A stretch of DNA of 20,000 nt. It comes from an uncultured virus (IMG/VR IMGVR_UViG_3300018427_001843) (lineage: Duplodnaviria > Heunggongvirae > Uroviricota > Caudoviricetes). A model generated the notes under the pieces. It saw nothing but the letters and a program-made list of their open reading frames with translations. It ran no database searches and was not told the DNA's origin. Of the stretch, positions 8,732 to 16,514 are shown in pieces (position 1 is the stretch's first letter; each line of letters begins with the position of its first letter). The position numbers and the translations under genes are program-made. Location of the stretch: the IMG/VR virus record IMGVR_UViG_3300018427_001843, one strand, 5' to 3'.

Positions 8732-9336
8732 TGGGTTACGGATGCGTAATAAAGGCAGGTCTTCTTCTTGCAAAAGATGCAGAAAGCATGAAAGAGATCT
8801 TCGAACTCGTGAGCGATGTCGGAGCGGAAGCCGCTCAATACCCGGAAGGCTCTCTTGATCTTGAGATCATCGATAGCAGCTACGGAAATTATCACCAGGA
8901 GAACTACGAACCTCTGGTAGCCCTTTGCCGGGACGGCTCATATCTGGATTTCTTCGGTGATGATGACTGTGCATGGTCACTAGTCGTAAAAGACGGAAAG
9001 CTTCATGATATTGGAGGGTCCGTTGAATGGAGCCACGAGCTTCATGATGAACCGCCCAAAATAGTGATCCCGCTGGATAATGGCTATGAACTCGTTGCTG
9101 AAAGGAATTCTGACACGGATTACAAAGAGATCTTTGTATTCCTCAGAAAAGACGGCGTTGCAACGCAGGATCTTGCCATAATAGCGGAACAATACAGCTA
9201 CGACGAGGCCAGGGTAGTTCCGATCCACGGTGCATATTCGGTAAAGGTGTATTCCGAGCCGGACAACGAGGACTTCACATACGACTTTGGCATCGGAAGA
9301 TGGGAAGACCCTGAAGAGGAAGGAGGTGCAGAATGA
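8731..9336 (+). CDS. Acidic hypothetical protein, 201 aa
   Basis: GGAGGAGGT RBS; ATGA overlap with the next gene. Confidence 0.8.
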   Translation: MGYGCVIKAGLLLAKDAESMKEIFELVSDVGAEAAQYPEGSLDLEIIDSSYGNYHQENYEPLVALCRDGSYLDFFGDDDCAWSLVVKDGKLHDIGGSVEWSHELHDEPPKIVIPLDNGYELVAERNSDTDYKEIFVFLRKDGVATQDLAIIAEQYSYDEARVVPIHGAYSVKVYSEPDNEDFTYDFGIGRWEDPEEEGGAE

Positions 9337-9740
9337 GCATATTCTGGATAGGGAATGAACACGAAATGATCTCGCCTGACAGGCTTTTGCCTGAAATGTG
9401 GGAGGACAGGTATTTTCTGCCCGGCACACTTCACGGTGATGATGACTATGTCATCAGAGTCTATCTGAATGATGCTCACGGCGAAAACCCGGCGTGTAAT
9501 GATCATGACCAGTTTGAGGCGGAGTATATTGACCGCGACCTGATTCTGAAGGCAGCTGAAGAGGACCCTTCATATGGCGATATCTTCAATGAGGTAATCG
9601 CAGAGGGCCTTGAAAGCTTCGGGATCCCGAATGACGGCGATCACGATTTCAATGAGATTTTCAAGGCATGGGATGAAAGCGTCCCTCTTACAAACGAGGA
9701 ACTCGTATACTGGGCAGAAGGTCAACTACCCACCGCTTAA
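9333..9740 (+). CDS. Acidic hypothetical protein whose 3' end is interrupted by the tnpB element
   Basis: GGAGGT RBS. The last residues (QLPTA-stop) are read from the element end that begins at 9721. Confidence 0.75.
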   Translation: MSIFWIGNEHEMISPDRLLPEMWEDRYFLPGTLHGDDDYVIRVYLNDAHGENPACNDHDQFEAEYIDRDLILKAAEEDPSYGDIFNEVIAEGLESFGIPNDGDHDFNEIFKAWDESVPLTNEELVYWAEGQLPTA

Positions 9741-9900
9741 CTCGCTGACGCTTCGTTAGAAGCGGGGGCTTGTAAAGCGAGAGTAGTTGAGCAAGAGCAA
9801 GATGCATCTCACACTGCGGGATTTTCCCAGTCCCGCACATACTGGTCTGATGCACCAAGCTCAGGGAAACATTACCCGCCCGGCGAGGCGGAGACTAACA
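9721..9900 (+). ncRNA. Compact IscB/IsrB-type omegaRNA-like (HEARO-like) scaffold upstream of tnpB
   Basis: 5' end nearly identical to the iscB omegaRNA at 19153. TCAACTAC/GTAGTTGA stem, TGCATC/GATGCA stem, TGCGGGA/TCCCGCA hairpin whose loop TTTCCC can pair with GGGAAA at 9864-9869, and terminal CCGCC/GGCGG hairpin. Confidence 0.7.
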
Positions 9901-9936
9901 GTTATAACTTAATTCAGAAAGAAAGGAGGACGCGAA

Positions 9937-11025
9937 ATGCTGACCTATCGGTATAAGCTGTACAGATCGAAGAATGAAAAGTATCTCGAAGCATATAACG
10001 GGATAGCATGCGAGATATGGAACCATTGCATCGCACTTCACAGACGCTACTATCGTCTTTACGGCAAGCATCTTAATAAGTACGTATTGATGAAGCATAT
10101 GACAAAGCTGAAGAAGCTGCCGAAATACACGCACTGGAAGAAGCTGAACTCACAGGCGATACAGGATGTCGTCGAGCGCATCGACAGGTCGTACAAAGCG
10201 TTCTTCGAGCATGTGAAGCAGAAGAGAAGCGGCCGAAAGGCGCCGCCCCACTTTTGCAAGAGAAAGAACTACAGGTCGTTCACTCTCAAGCAGACCGGCT
10301 ACGCAATAGACGGAAATACCGTATATATCATGGGCAGAAGATATAAGTTCTTCAGATCCAGAGATATAGAAGGCAACATCAAAACAGTGACAGTGAAGAA
10401 GATGCCGACGGGGGACTGGTATCTGTGCGTCACAACAGACCACAAAGCGAAACGAGACTATGCGCGAACAGGTGAAGCTGTCGGCATGGACTTCGGGTTC
10501 AAAAGCTTTCTGGTCCTGAGTGACGGTACAAAGATAAACTCTCCCGAGTGGCTCAGACAGTCGCTGTCGGAGCTGAGGCGCCTGTCAAGGAACCTGTCTC
10601 TGAAGAAAGAAGGCTCCCGTAACTACGAGAAAGCAAAGCGCGCAAGAGCAAAGCTGTATGAACATATAGCCGCTCAGCGAAGAGACTTCTTCTTTCTTCT
10701 GGCGAACGAGCTGTGCAGGAAATACGATGTCATCGGCATCGAAGACCTGAACCTCAAAGGCATGCAGGCCCTCTGGGGCAGAAAGGAATCGGATCTTGCA
10801 TACGGTGAGTTCGTACAGATCCTCGAATACATGGCAGCCTCCTCCGGCAGGAAGGTCGTAAAGATCGATCGCTGGGCTCCTACCACGAAGACCTGCTCCG
10901 AATGCGGCTGCCGCGTCGATCTGTCGCTGAAAGACAGGCATTGGGTGTGTCCGCACTGCGGTGCCCATCACGACAGAGATGTCAACGCGGCAATAAATAT
11001 TAAAAATCTCGCCCTTGCGGCGTAG
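9937..11025 (+). CDS. tnpB: RNA-guided endonuclease TnpB
   Basis: 362 aa. N-terminal TYRYKLY HTH region, RuvC-I VGMDFG, RuvC-II IEDLNL, zinc ribbon CSECG/CPHCG, RuvC-III DRDVNAAINI. All three catalytic acidic residues are present. Confidence 0.96.
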   Translation: MLTYRYKLYRSKNEKYLEAYNGIACEIWNHCIALHRRYYRLYGKHLNKYVLMKHMTKLKKLPKYTHWKKLNSQAIQDVVERIDRSYKAFFEHVKQKRSGRKAPPHFCKRKNYRSFTLKQTGYAIDGNTVYIMGRRYKFFRSRDIEGNIKTVTVKKMPTGDWYLCVTTDHKAKRDYARTGEAVGMDFGFKSFLVLSDGTKINSPEWLRQSLSELRRLSRNLSLKKEGSRNYEKAKRARAKLYEHIAAQRRDFFFLLANELCRKYDVIGIEDLNLKGMQALWGRKESDLAYGEFVQILEYMAASSGRKVVKIDRWAPTTKTCSECGCRVDLSLKDRHWVCPHCGAHHDRDVNAAINIKNLALAA

Positions 11026-11171
11026 ATGATGATCATTGAGGAAGGACGTTTCCTCATGCCGGAGAGGAGTAAGACGCGTATGTATAAAAGTCATGGCGCA
11101 TCCTCTGTGACGGCAAGAATCCCACGTGCTTTAGCCGTGGGAGTACGTCAAATCGTGGAATTCTCTGCAAG
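11026..11171 (+). ncRNA. TnpB omegaRNA (reRNA) scaffold plus putative guide 11152-11171
   Basis: AGAGGA/TCCTCT stem, CCCACG/CGTGGG right-end hairpin, terminal TCAA at 11148-11151. The guide is inferred from the flank. The 5' boundary is approximate and may overlap the ORF. Confidence 0.75.
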
Positions 11172-11185
11172 TTAGTTAAGAAGGT

Positions 11186-11210
11186 TGGGGAGGGCATTAT
11201 GCTCTCCCCA
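11186..11210. terminator. Intergenic hairpin (no T tract on + strand)
   Basis: TGGGGAGGGC-ATTAT-GCTCTCCCCA. Confidence 0.45.
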
Positions 11211-11231
11211 GAAAATACAGGAGGTAATGAA

Positions 11232-11885
11232 ATGAAGATAATGGAAGTGATGGCTGAAACAGAGGGCAATTCCTGCAGCCATAGGGTCATCGATGCGCCG
11301 CACGGCGGAATCTGGCCTCTTTTCCGAAGCACTGTCATGAGCTACGGCGAGCGTTTCGCCGAAGCAGAAGACCTTGCCGTTGAAGCGTTTGCAAAGAAAG
11401 CTGAAGATAAACTTATAATGTTCGGCATCTTCGAAGCAAACGGCTTTACTGCAAGATATGGTAAAAGCGCGTTTGGAACCCCTTATGTGTCTCTCGAGTT
11501 CGACCCGGATGATTCGGATATCTTTATGAGGTGGAACATAACTTATATCGTTCTGCCGAAAGAATTCGATGAAAACAGCTCTTCAGCAAATGCAAGATCT
11601 GCAGGTCTCACATACAGAGCAGAAATACCGCAGAACGGAAACATATCCCTTCAGGTATGGAGCTCCGAAGCTGACTATTTCAGAGCTGTCAGGTTGAATC
11701 CTGAAGGATTTGAGATCGAGCTCATGAGATCAAATGGACAGAGAGAGTTTCAGGCATTCCCTGAGGATGGCGACAAAGTTAGGAATAACGCTGTCGCAAT
11801 GCTTGACGGGATTCTGGAACAGGCAGACGACGATCTTCTGATAAGCATCACAAAACGTCTGAAGACAAAGATAAACAGGAGGTGA
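11232..11885 (+). CDS. Hypothetical protein
   Basis: AGGAGGT RBS before ATG 11232, which is preferred over 11199. Confidence 0.75.
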   Translation: MKIMEVMAETEGNSCSHRVIDAPHGGIWPLFRSTVMSYGERFAEAEDLAVEAFAKKAEDKLIMFGIFEANGFTARYGKSAFGTPYVSLEFDPDDSDIFMRWNITYIVLPKEFDENSSSANARSAGLTYRAEIPQNGNISLQVWSSEADYFRAVRLNPEGFEIELMRSNGQREFQAFPEDGDKVRNNAVAMLDGILEQADDDLLISITKRLKTKINRR

Positions 11886-11888
11886 CTC

Positions 11889-12134
11889 ATGGCACAGAAA
11901 TACGCATATCTTGCCAAGCTTGATCGCTTCGGCTACGAGATAACCGCTATTGGCAGAACCGAAAAGGAGGCTGCCGATGCTGTAATCAAGTCGTATACGA
12001 ATGCCTACAAAAGCGAGCATGGCATCAGCCCTGGAAGGGACAAAATGCCGTACTCGGACAAATCATATCTCAGCCTTGCAAAGACGGAGCTCTATGTTGA
12101 AAAACTGGAACTTGGAAAGGCAATTTGGCTGTAA
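11889..12134 (+). CDS. Hypothetical protein, 81 aa
   Basis: AGGAGGTG RBS; tightly coupled to the upstream gene. Confidence 0.8.
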   Translation: MAQKYAYLAKLDRFGYEITAIGRTEKEAADAVIKSYTNAYKSEHGISPGRDKMPYSDKSYLSLAKTELYVEKLELGKAIWL

Positions 12135-12150
12135 TATTAGGAGGCAATTT

Positions 12151-12306
12151 ATGAAAGGTAAAAAAGAGGTCATTGGGGTGATCCCTAAGGAAACTGTGTT
12201 TCAGGCAGAAAAGCCCCGCTACACGGCAAGGTTCCGCACCGGTTTTTACAAGACCGAGAAGGACAGGCCGCGCAAGAGGTTCAAGGCCAGAGACGTTGAT
12301 TTCTAG
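12151..12306 (+). CDS. Small basic hypothetical protein, 51 aa
   Basis: AGGAGG RBS before ATG 12151 (MKGKKEVIGVIPKETVF...); K/R-rich. Confidence 0.7.
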   Translation: MKGKKEVIGVIPKETVFQAEKPRYTARFRTGFYKTEKDRPRKRFKARDVDF

Positions 12307-12326
12307 TAGCGCGTATGTATCATAGC

Positions 12327-12495
12327 TCACGCTGCGCGCAGGAGCTTGATACCCAGGACTTAAATCTCTCCAATGAAATATGGCGGATTCCGTTTATTCC
12401 AACGGCTTCCGCCTTTTTTAGTGAGTAGCGAAAGAACTAGCATGTAAACGGGTAGTGTTGCATTAGTATTGCAAATTATCACGCTGCGCGCAGGA
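12327..12495. repeat. 17-bp direct repeat TCACGCTGCGCGCAGGA with palindromic core
   Basis: Exact copies at 12327-12343 and 12479-12495. The core CTGCGCGCAG is a perfect palindrome. Confidence 0.85.
12382..12419 (+). terminator. Intrinsic terminator ending operon 1
   Basis: GGCGGA-TT-CCGTT / AACGG-CT-TCCGCC stem followed by TTTTTT. Confidence 0.8.
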
Positions 12496-12506
12496 ATCGT
12501 TTCTTC

Positions 12507-12535
12507 TTGCATCTTTTACTCACCAAACATATAAT
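12507..12535 (+). promoter_or_regulatory. Sigma-A type promoter, copy 2
   Basis: TTGCAT (12507-12512), 17 nt spacer, TATAAT (12530-12535). Confidence 0.85.
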
Positions 12536-12660
12536 ATAAGTACGTTATTAATGTTTAGACTATAAGCTCCGGGTATTTTTCTCGGGGTTATTTTAGTTTT
12601 TGCATTAATGCAAATCGTTATTTAAGGAGGCGTATCGACATTGTCGGTGCGCCTTAATTT
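12527..12660 (+). repeat. Repeated structured leader, copy 2
   Basis: Homologous to 5676-5820. ATTAATG/CATTAAT pairing and AGGCGTATCGAC/GTCGGTGCGCCT hairpin at 12628-12654. Confidence 0.85.
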
Positions 12661-12685
12661 ATTGAAAGGAGGATGGTTATAACCG

Positions 12686-13228
12686 ATGAATATCTATTTG
12701 ATCAACTGGGTCTGCTCTGAAGGCTTCTTCGACGGCTCCGAAACCGTAACGTTTCTTGGAACTGATCCGAAAGACGTGATACGGGACGCATACAAACAGT
12801 ATGCGTCAGAAGCTGCTGAAGCAAGCCGCTCCGGATCTCTTGATCCTGACTGCGATGTTCTGTCCGAAAGGGAATTCGAATCCATAATGGATACGGGCTT
12901 TGCGCTTGGCAAAAACAACCGTGGCAATTTCGCTTTGCTCCAGTTGTATGAATGCCATATGCAGTTCGAACCATTATGTCTTTCTCTCGGACCGGATATC
13001 ATCGATCGAAGCAGCTTCATTGCAAGCAAGCTCTGGTCCAGAGAGGACGTCTTAGGCGTTCTGTCAGAAAACGGATTTGAGGGAACCGAGGCTGAAATCG
13101 ATGCAGTAATCAACACCGGCATGCTGGATGGTCTGAATGACTGTACAGATAATGACTGGGAGATCATTGGAAGCGCTGTTCGTGAAGCAGCGCGAAGAGG
13201 AGACATTAGAGAAGGAGGTGCTGCATGA
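12686..13228 (+). CDS. Acidic hypothetical protein, 180 aa
   Basis: AAAGGAGG RBS; first gene after leader copy 2. Confidence 0.8.
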   Translation: MNIYLINWVCSEGFFDGSETVTFLGTDPKDVIRDAYKQYASEAAEASRSGSLDPDCDVLSEREFESIMDTGFALGKNNRGNFALLQLYECHMQFEPLCLSLGPDIIDRSSFIASKLWSREDVLGVLSENGFEGTEAEIDAVINTGMLDGLNDCTDNDWEIIGSAVREAARRGDIREGGAA

Positions 13229-13467
13229 GCAATTACCGCGTTGTGTACGAAGAAGTAATCGTTCACGAGTTCGAGATCGGCCCGTGCGAGGAAGGAGATA
13301 TCGTCGAAGAGTTCCATCGGGAACTTGATGGCGGTGGCCTTGATTTCTCGGATGGCACGATAGTAAGCGGACAGGTAATCAAGGCCTATGATGAAAACGG
13401 CAATCTTATTCCGATTGCCATGTCACATGCTGATCTGGAATCGGCATATTTTGCAGATAAGAAATAA
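13225..13467 (+). CDS. Acidic hypothetical protein, 80 aa
   Basis: AAGGAGGT RBS; ATGA overlap. Confidence 0.8.
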   Translation: MSNYRVVYEEVIVHEFEIGPCEEGDIVEEFHRELDGGGLDFSDGTIVSGQVIKAYDENGNLIPIAMSHADLESAYFADKK

Positions 13468-13477
13468 GGAGGTAGGC

Positions 13478-13654
13478 ATGAAGAACATTGTGATCGTTGT
13501 AGAAGAAGGAATCGTTCAGTCTGTTTATGCTGACTTTGGGGATGTGGATGTTGAAATCGTTGATTTTGACACAGAAGACCCGGACGAGCTGGAAGAAGTT
13601 CAGGACAGACTTGACGAAATCGAAAACGACAATTCGCTTACTGAAATCTACTAG
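13478..13654 (+). CDS. Very acidic small protein, 58 aa
   Basis: AAGGAGGT RBS before ATG 13478 (MKNIVIVVEEGIVQSVYAD...). Confidence 0.8.
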   Translation: MKNIVIVVEEGIVQSVYADFGDVDVEIVDFDTEDPDELEEVQDRLDEIENDNSLTEIY

Positions 13655-13670
13655 AAAGGAGGAGGCTGAA

Positions 13671-13961
13671 ATGAAATCATTTGAAATCATGTTCAGCGAT
13701 CTGAACGAAAGAGCGCAGAAGGAGTTTCTGGACATGCTCGGACTTAACAGCGCAGAAGAAGGCAACTGGGATATCGTCCCACTTGCCATATTCGAAACTG
13801 AAGACGACGAGCCGGAACCGGTACGCGAATCCGTAAATTTCCTTGATCTTGTCGAGATGTATATGGATCAGGGAATGGACGAAGACACTGCCTGCCGTTG
13901 TGCGTGTCGTGATACGAATCCGAACTATAGTGCGGATGACTATGATGGCTGTAGATACTGA
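13671..13961 (+). CDS. Very acidic hypothetical protein, 96 aa
   Basis: AGGAGGAGG RBS before ATG 13671 (MKSFEIMFSDLNERAQKEFL...). Confidence 0.8.
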   Translation: MKSFEIMFSDLNERAQKEFLDMLGLNSAEEGNWDIVPLAIFETEDDEPEPVRESVNFLDLVEMYMDQGMDEDTACRCACRDTNPNYSADDYDGCRY

Positions 13962-13989
13962 ACATGATACAGATTAGAAGGAGGTAATT

Positions 13990-14949
13990 ATGGACAAAGC
14001 AGATATAATCACGCGCCTGAGTGAAAACAACTCAACGCTGCTGTCTTTCCCTGACCGTGGCCCCTGGGGAGATAACTCCTACAGGGGGAACTGCAGCGGC
14101 TGGATACATGCTTTCCTTATCTGGAAGTATCATATCCAGAAAATGGCCGAACTGTTTGCCGGTTCAGGTACTGGTTCTGATGTGGCAAGAGACATGGGTA
14201 TCGACTATATCGGTGCGGACCTTAATCCAAATCCGACAAGGCCAAATATTCTTGTCTGCGACGCTATAAAGGACGAGGTTCCGGATGGATTCAGGGATGC
14301 TGATCTGACGTTTATGCACCCGCCCTATTCAGAACTTATTAAAATCCCTTACTGTGGAAAAGAATGGAACGATCCTACAGGCGGAGCCCTTGCAAAATCC
14401 GATCTCGGACAGATGCCGTGGGATGAGTTCATCGATGAGCTGAATAAAGTCTTGCTGAAATATTATTCGGCAATGAAAGGCGGCTCAAAGATGGCGGTCC
14501 TTATGGGCGATGTTCGAAGAAACGGACGCTGCTATTCCATGTTTGCAGACATAATTAAGCCCGGCGAGCTTGAACAGGTCATCATAAAGGCGCAGCATAA
14601 CTGCGTTTCAGATGGCCGCAAATATGCAAACGCCAACTTCGTACCTATAGTACATGAGACGCTTATGGTCATTAAAAAGGCGGACGAGCTTATGCTCTAT
14701 GCCTCAATGCCAAAAAGAGGAACGTGCGATATAAGGGACGCAAAAAATACTACATGGAAGGATGTCGTCCTTGCGGTCGTGCGTAAACGCCGGCAGTGTG
14801 GGGTTCAGGACCTTTATCAGGACCTTGAAAACCACAAGAAGGCCAAACGCAACCCACATTATAGGGACAAGATTCGTCAGACGCTCCAGCAGCTTCGGGA
14901 TGCAGGACTGGTAATTTCAGTTTCTCAGGGTGTTTGGTCAGTTGCTTAA
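13990..14949 (+). CDS. Orphan amino-DNA methyltransferase (N6A/N4C type) with C-terminal winged-helix-like domain
   Basis: SAM-binding ELFAGSGTG precedes catalytic HPPY. C-terminal WKDVV...KIRQTLQQLRDAGLV...GVW. Confidence 0.85.
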   Translation: MDKADIITRLSENNSTLLSFPDRGPWGDNSYRGNCSGWIHAFLIWKYHIQKMAELFAGSGTGSDVARDMGIDYIGADLNPNPTRPNILVCDAIKDEVPDGFRDADLTFMHPPYSELIKIPYCGKEWNDPTGGALAKSDLGQMPWDEFIDELNKVLLKYYSAMKGGSKMAVLMGDVRRNGRCYSMFADIIKPGELEQVIIKAQHNCVSDGRKYANANFVPIVHETLMVIKKADELMLYASMPKRGTCDIRDAKNTTWKDVVLAVVRKRRQCGVQDLYQDLENHKKAKRNPHYRDKIRQTLQQLRDAGLVISVSQGVWSVA

Positions 14950-14971
14950 GAAAAAAGAGAAGGAGGTAAAA

Positions 14972-15529
14972 ATGACATTGAATGAAAGGATCCAGATTTT
15001 TAACAGGATCATGGGAAATGCCTTTAATCCGGCAGATGTCGAGATCATGGGCATGAAACTGGCAGAAATGGGGTTCTTTACAGCCCCGGCTTCACTGAAG
15101 CACCACGGCAATCATGAGGGAGGCCTCTTTGAGCATTCCTATAAAGTGACCAAAGCGCTTCTTGATCTGACAGACAAGCTCGGCCTTCAGTGGGACGATC
15201 CCAGAAGTCCGTATGTTGTTGGCATGCTGCACGACCTGTGCAAGTGCGATGCATACATCCACATAGATGATGGGTTTGTATGGAACAGCGATCAGACACT
15301 GACAGGACATGGCGATAAATCCGTCATTCTGGCTCAGAAACTGATAGCACAGACGAAGGATGGCTTTCCGTTCCTCACTGAGGAAGAAATGCTCTGCATC
15401 AGATGGCACATGGGCGCCTTTGACGACAGATCAAACTGGAATGCTTACGACTGTGCGATCGCGCAGGAAAACAACGTGCTGTATACGCACATGGCGGATA
15501 TGATCGCAAGCCAGATCTGGGGATACTAA
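14972..15529 (+). CDS. HD-domain metal-dependent phosphohydrolase
   Basis: APAS-x-KHH...GGLFEHS, LHDLCK, GHG, IRWHMG and HMADM motifs; RBS before ATG 14972. Confidence 0.9.
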   Translation: MTLNERIQIFNRIMGNAFNPADVEIMGMKLAEMGFFTAPASLKHHGNHEGGLFEHSYKVTKALLDLTDKLGLQWDDPRSPYVVGMLHDLCKCDAYIHIDDGFVWNSDQTLTGHGDKSVILAQKLIAQTKDGFPFLTEEEMLCIRWHMGAFDDRSNWNAYDCAIAQENNVLYTHMADMIASQIWGY

Positions 15530-15596
15530 AGGACAAAACAATGTAATGCAAAAGGAGGGCGGTGACGCCCTCTATTTATTTAAGGAGGACAAAACA

Positions 15597-16514
15597 ATGA
15601 CAAACATAACGCAGATCAGAAACGAGCTTAAGCAGGAAGTTAGCGCAATGCTCCCTTCATACGAAATGAGGGACGCAGAAGTCGTCAAGTTCAATGACAG
15701 AAAACTCCTTGGTCTTACTGCGGTAAAACCGGGCGAAAACATGGGCCCAACGATTTGGGTCAATGATTTTGGCGATGCTATAGACGCAGGTGTAAGCCTC
15801 AGAGAAATCGCCAAATACGTTACGGAAGTGTTCAGGAATGTTCCTGCATCTCTTGAGTCTTTAAAAGCCGCTGCAGAGAATAACAGGATCGATCTTCCTT
15901 TTGAGAAGATCAGAGATAAAGTATTCCCTCGCATTGCGGATATAAGCAGAAATCAGGCTTTCCTGGACAACAAACCCTATCGGGAAGTAGGCTGTGGGCT
16001 TGCCTTAATGGCTGTTATAGATGTTGCTTCGGGGCCGGAAGGTAACTACGCGATTACCGTGACTAACGAATTGGCGTCCGATCAGGGCTATGACATCGAC
16101 CTGCTGCTGGATCAGGCTCTTGAAAACCTTAAGCCTTATATGATTCCGGTAAATGCGATGATTCATCCATTTAGTCCGGTGATCCCTAATTGTCTGGATG
16201 ATCCGAGGCTCTTCGATGCCGGCGATAAGCTGTTCTCTCTTTCGAACGAAGAGGCTATGTTCGGTGCAGCCGCACTTTTTGTTCCGGGCATGATGGACAG
16301 GCTCTATAAGATGATGGGCAGCTTTTATGTTCTTCCGTCATCTGTTCATGAGATGCTGATTCTTCCGGAGGTCTGCTGCGACGATCCGCTTTCTCTGAAA
16401 GAAATGATCAGAGAAGCCAATGCTAACCCTTCGGTCGTTTCAGAGGAAGATATCCTGTCAGATAAGCTTATGCATTATGACGGCAAGGAACTTAAGGAGG
16501 TTCAGAATGTATAG
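15597..16514 (+). CDS. DUF5688-like protein
   Basis: AAGGAGG RBS before ATG 15597. C-terminal LSN...FGAAAL, FYVLPSSVHEMLILP and LSDKLMHYD motifs recalled for this family. Confidence 0.75.
   Translation: MTNITQIRNELKQEVSAMLPSYEMRDAEVVKFNDRKLLGLTAVKPGENMGPTIWVNDFGDAIDAGVSLREIAKYVTEVFRNVPASLESLKAAAENNRIDLPFEKIRDKVFPRIADISRNQAFLDNKPYREVGCGLALMAVIDVASGPEGNYAITVTNELASDQGYDIDLLLDQALENLKPYMIPVNAMIHPFSPVIPNCLDDPRLFDAGDKLFSLSNEEAMFGAAALFVPGMMDRLYKMMGSFYVLPSSVHEMLILPEVCCDDPLSLKEMIREANANPSVVSEEDILSDKLMHYDGKELKEVQNV

Larger units (their letters stand above)
9721..11151 (+). mobile_element. IS200/IS605-superfamily non-autonomous tnpB element (no tnpA)
   Basis: Left boundary GTCAACTACCCACCGCTTAA...GAAGCGGGGGCTTG. 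Right end GAATCCCACGTGCTTTAGCCGTGGGAGTACGTCAA. tnpB lies between them. Confidence 0.88.

Noticed and set aside
9721..9936. Group I intron (IStron) upstream of tnpB
   Set aside because: The region is only ~215 nt, I could not find the P7 core, and it matches the omegaRNA architecture at 19153 better.
7133..16506. Upstream starts given by the ORF track (7133, 11199, 12001, 13388, 13527, 14930, 15546, 16420)
   Set aside because: Downstream in-frame ATGs have strong GGAGG RBSs and avoid long overlaps, so the starts were reassigned.
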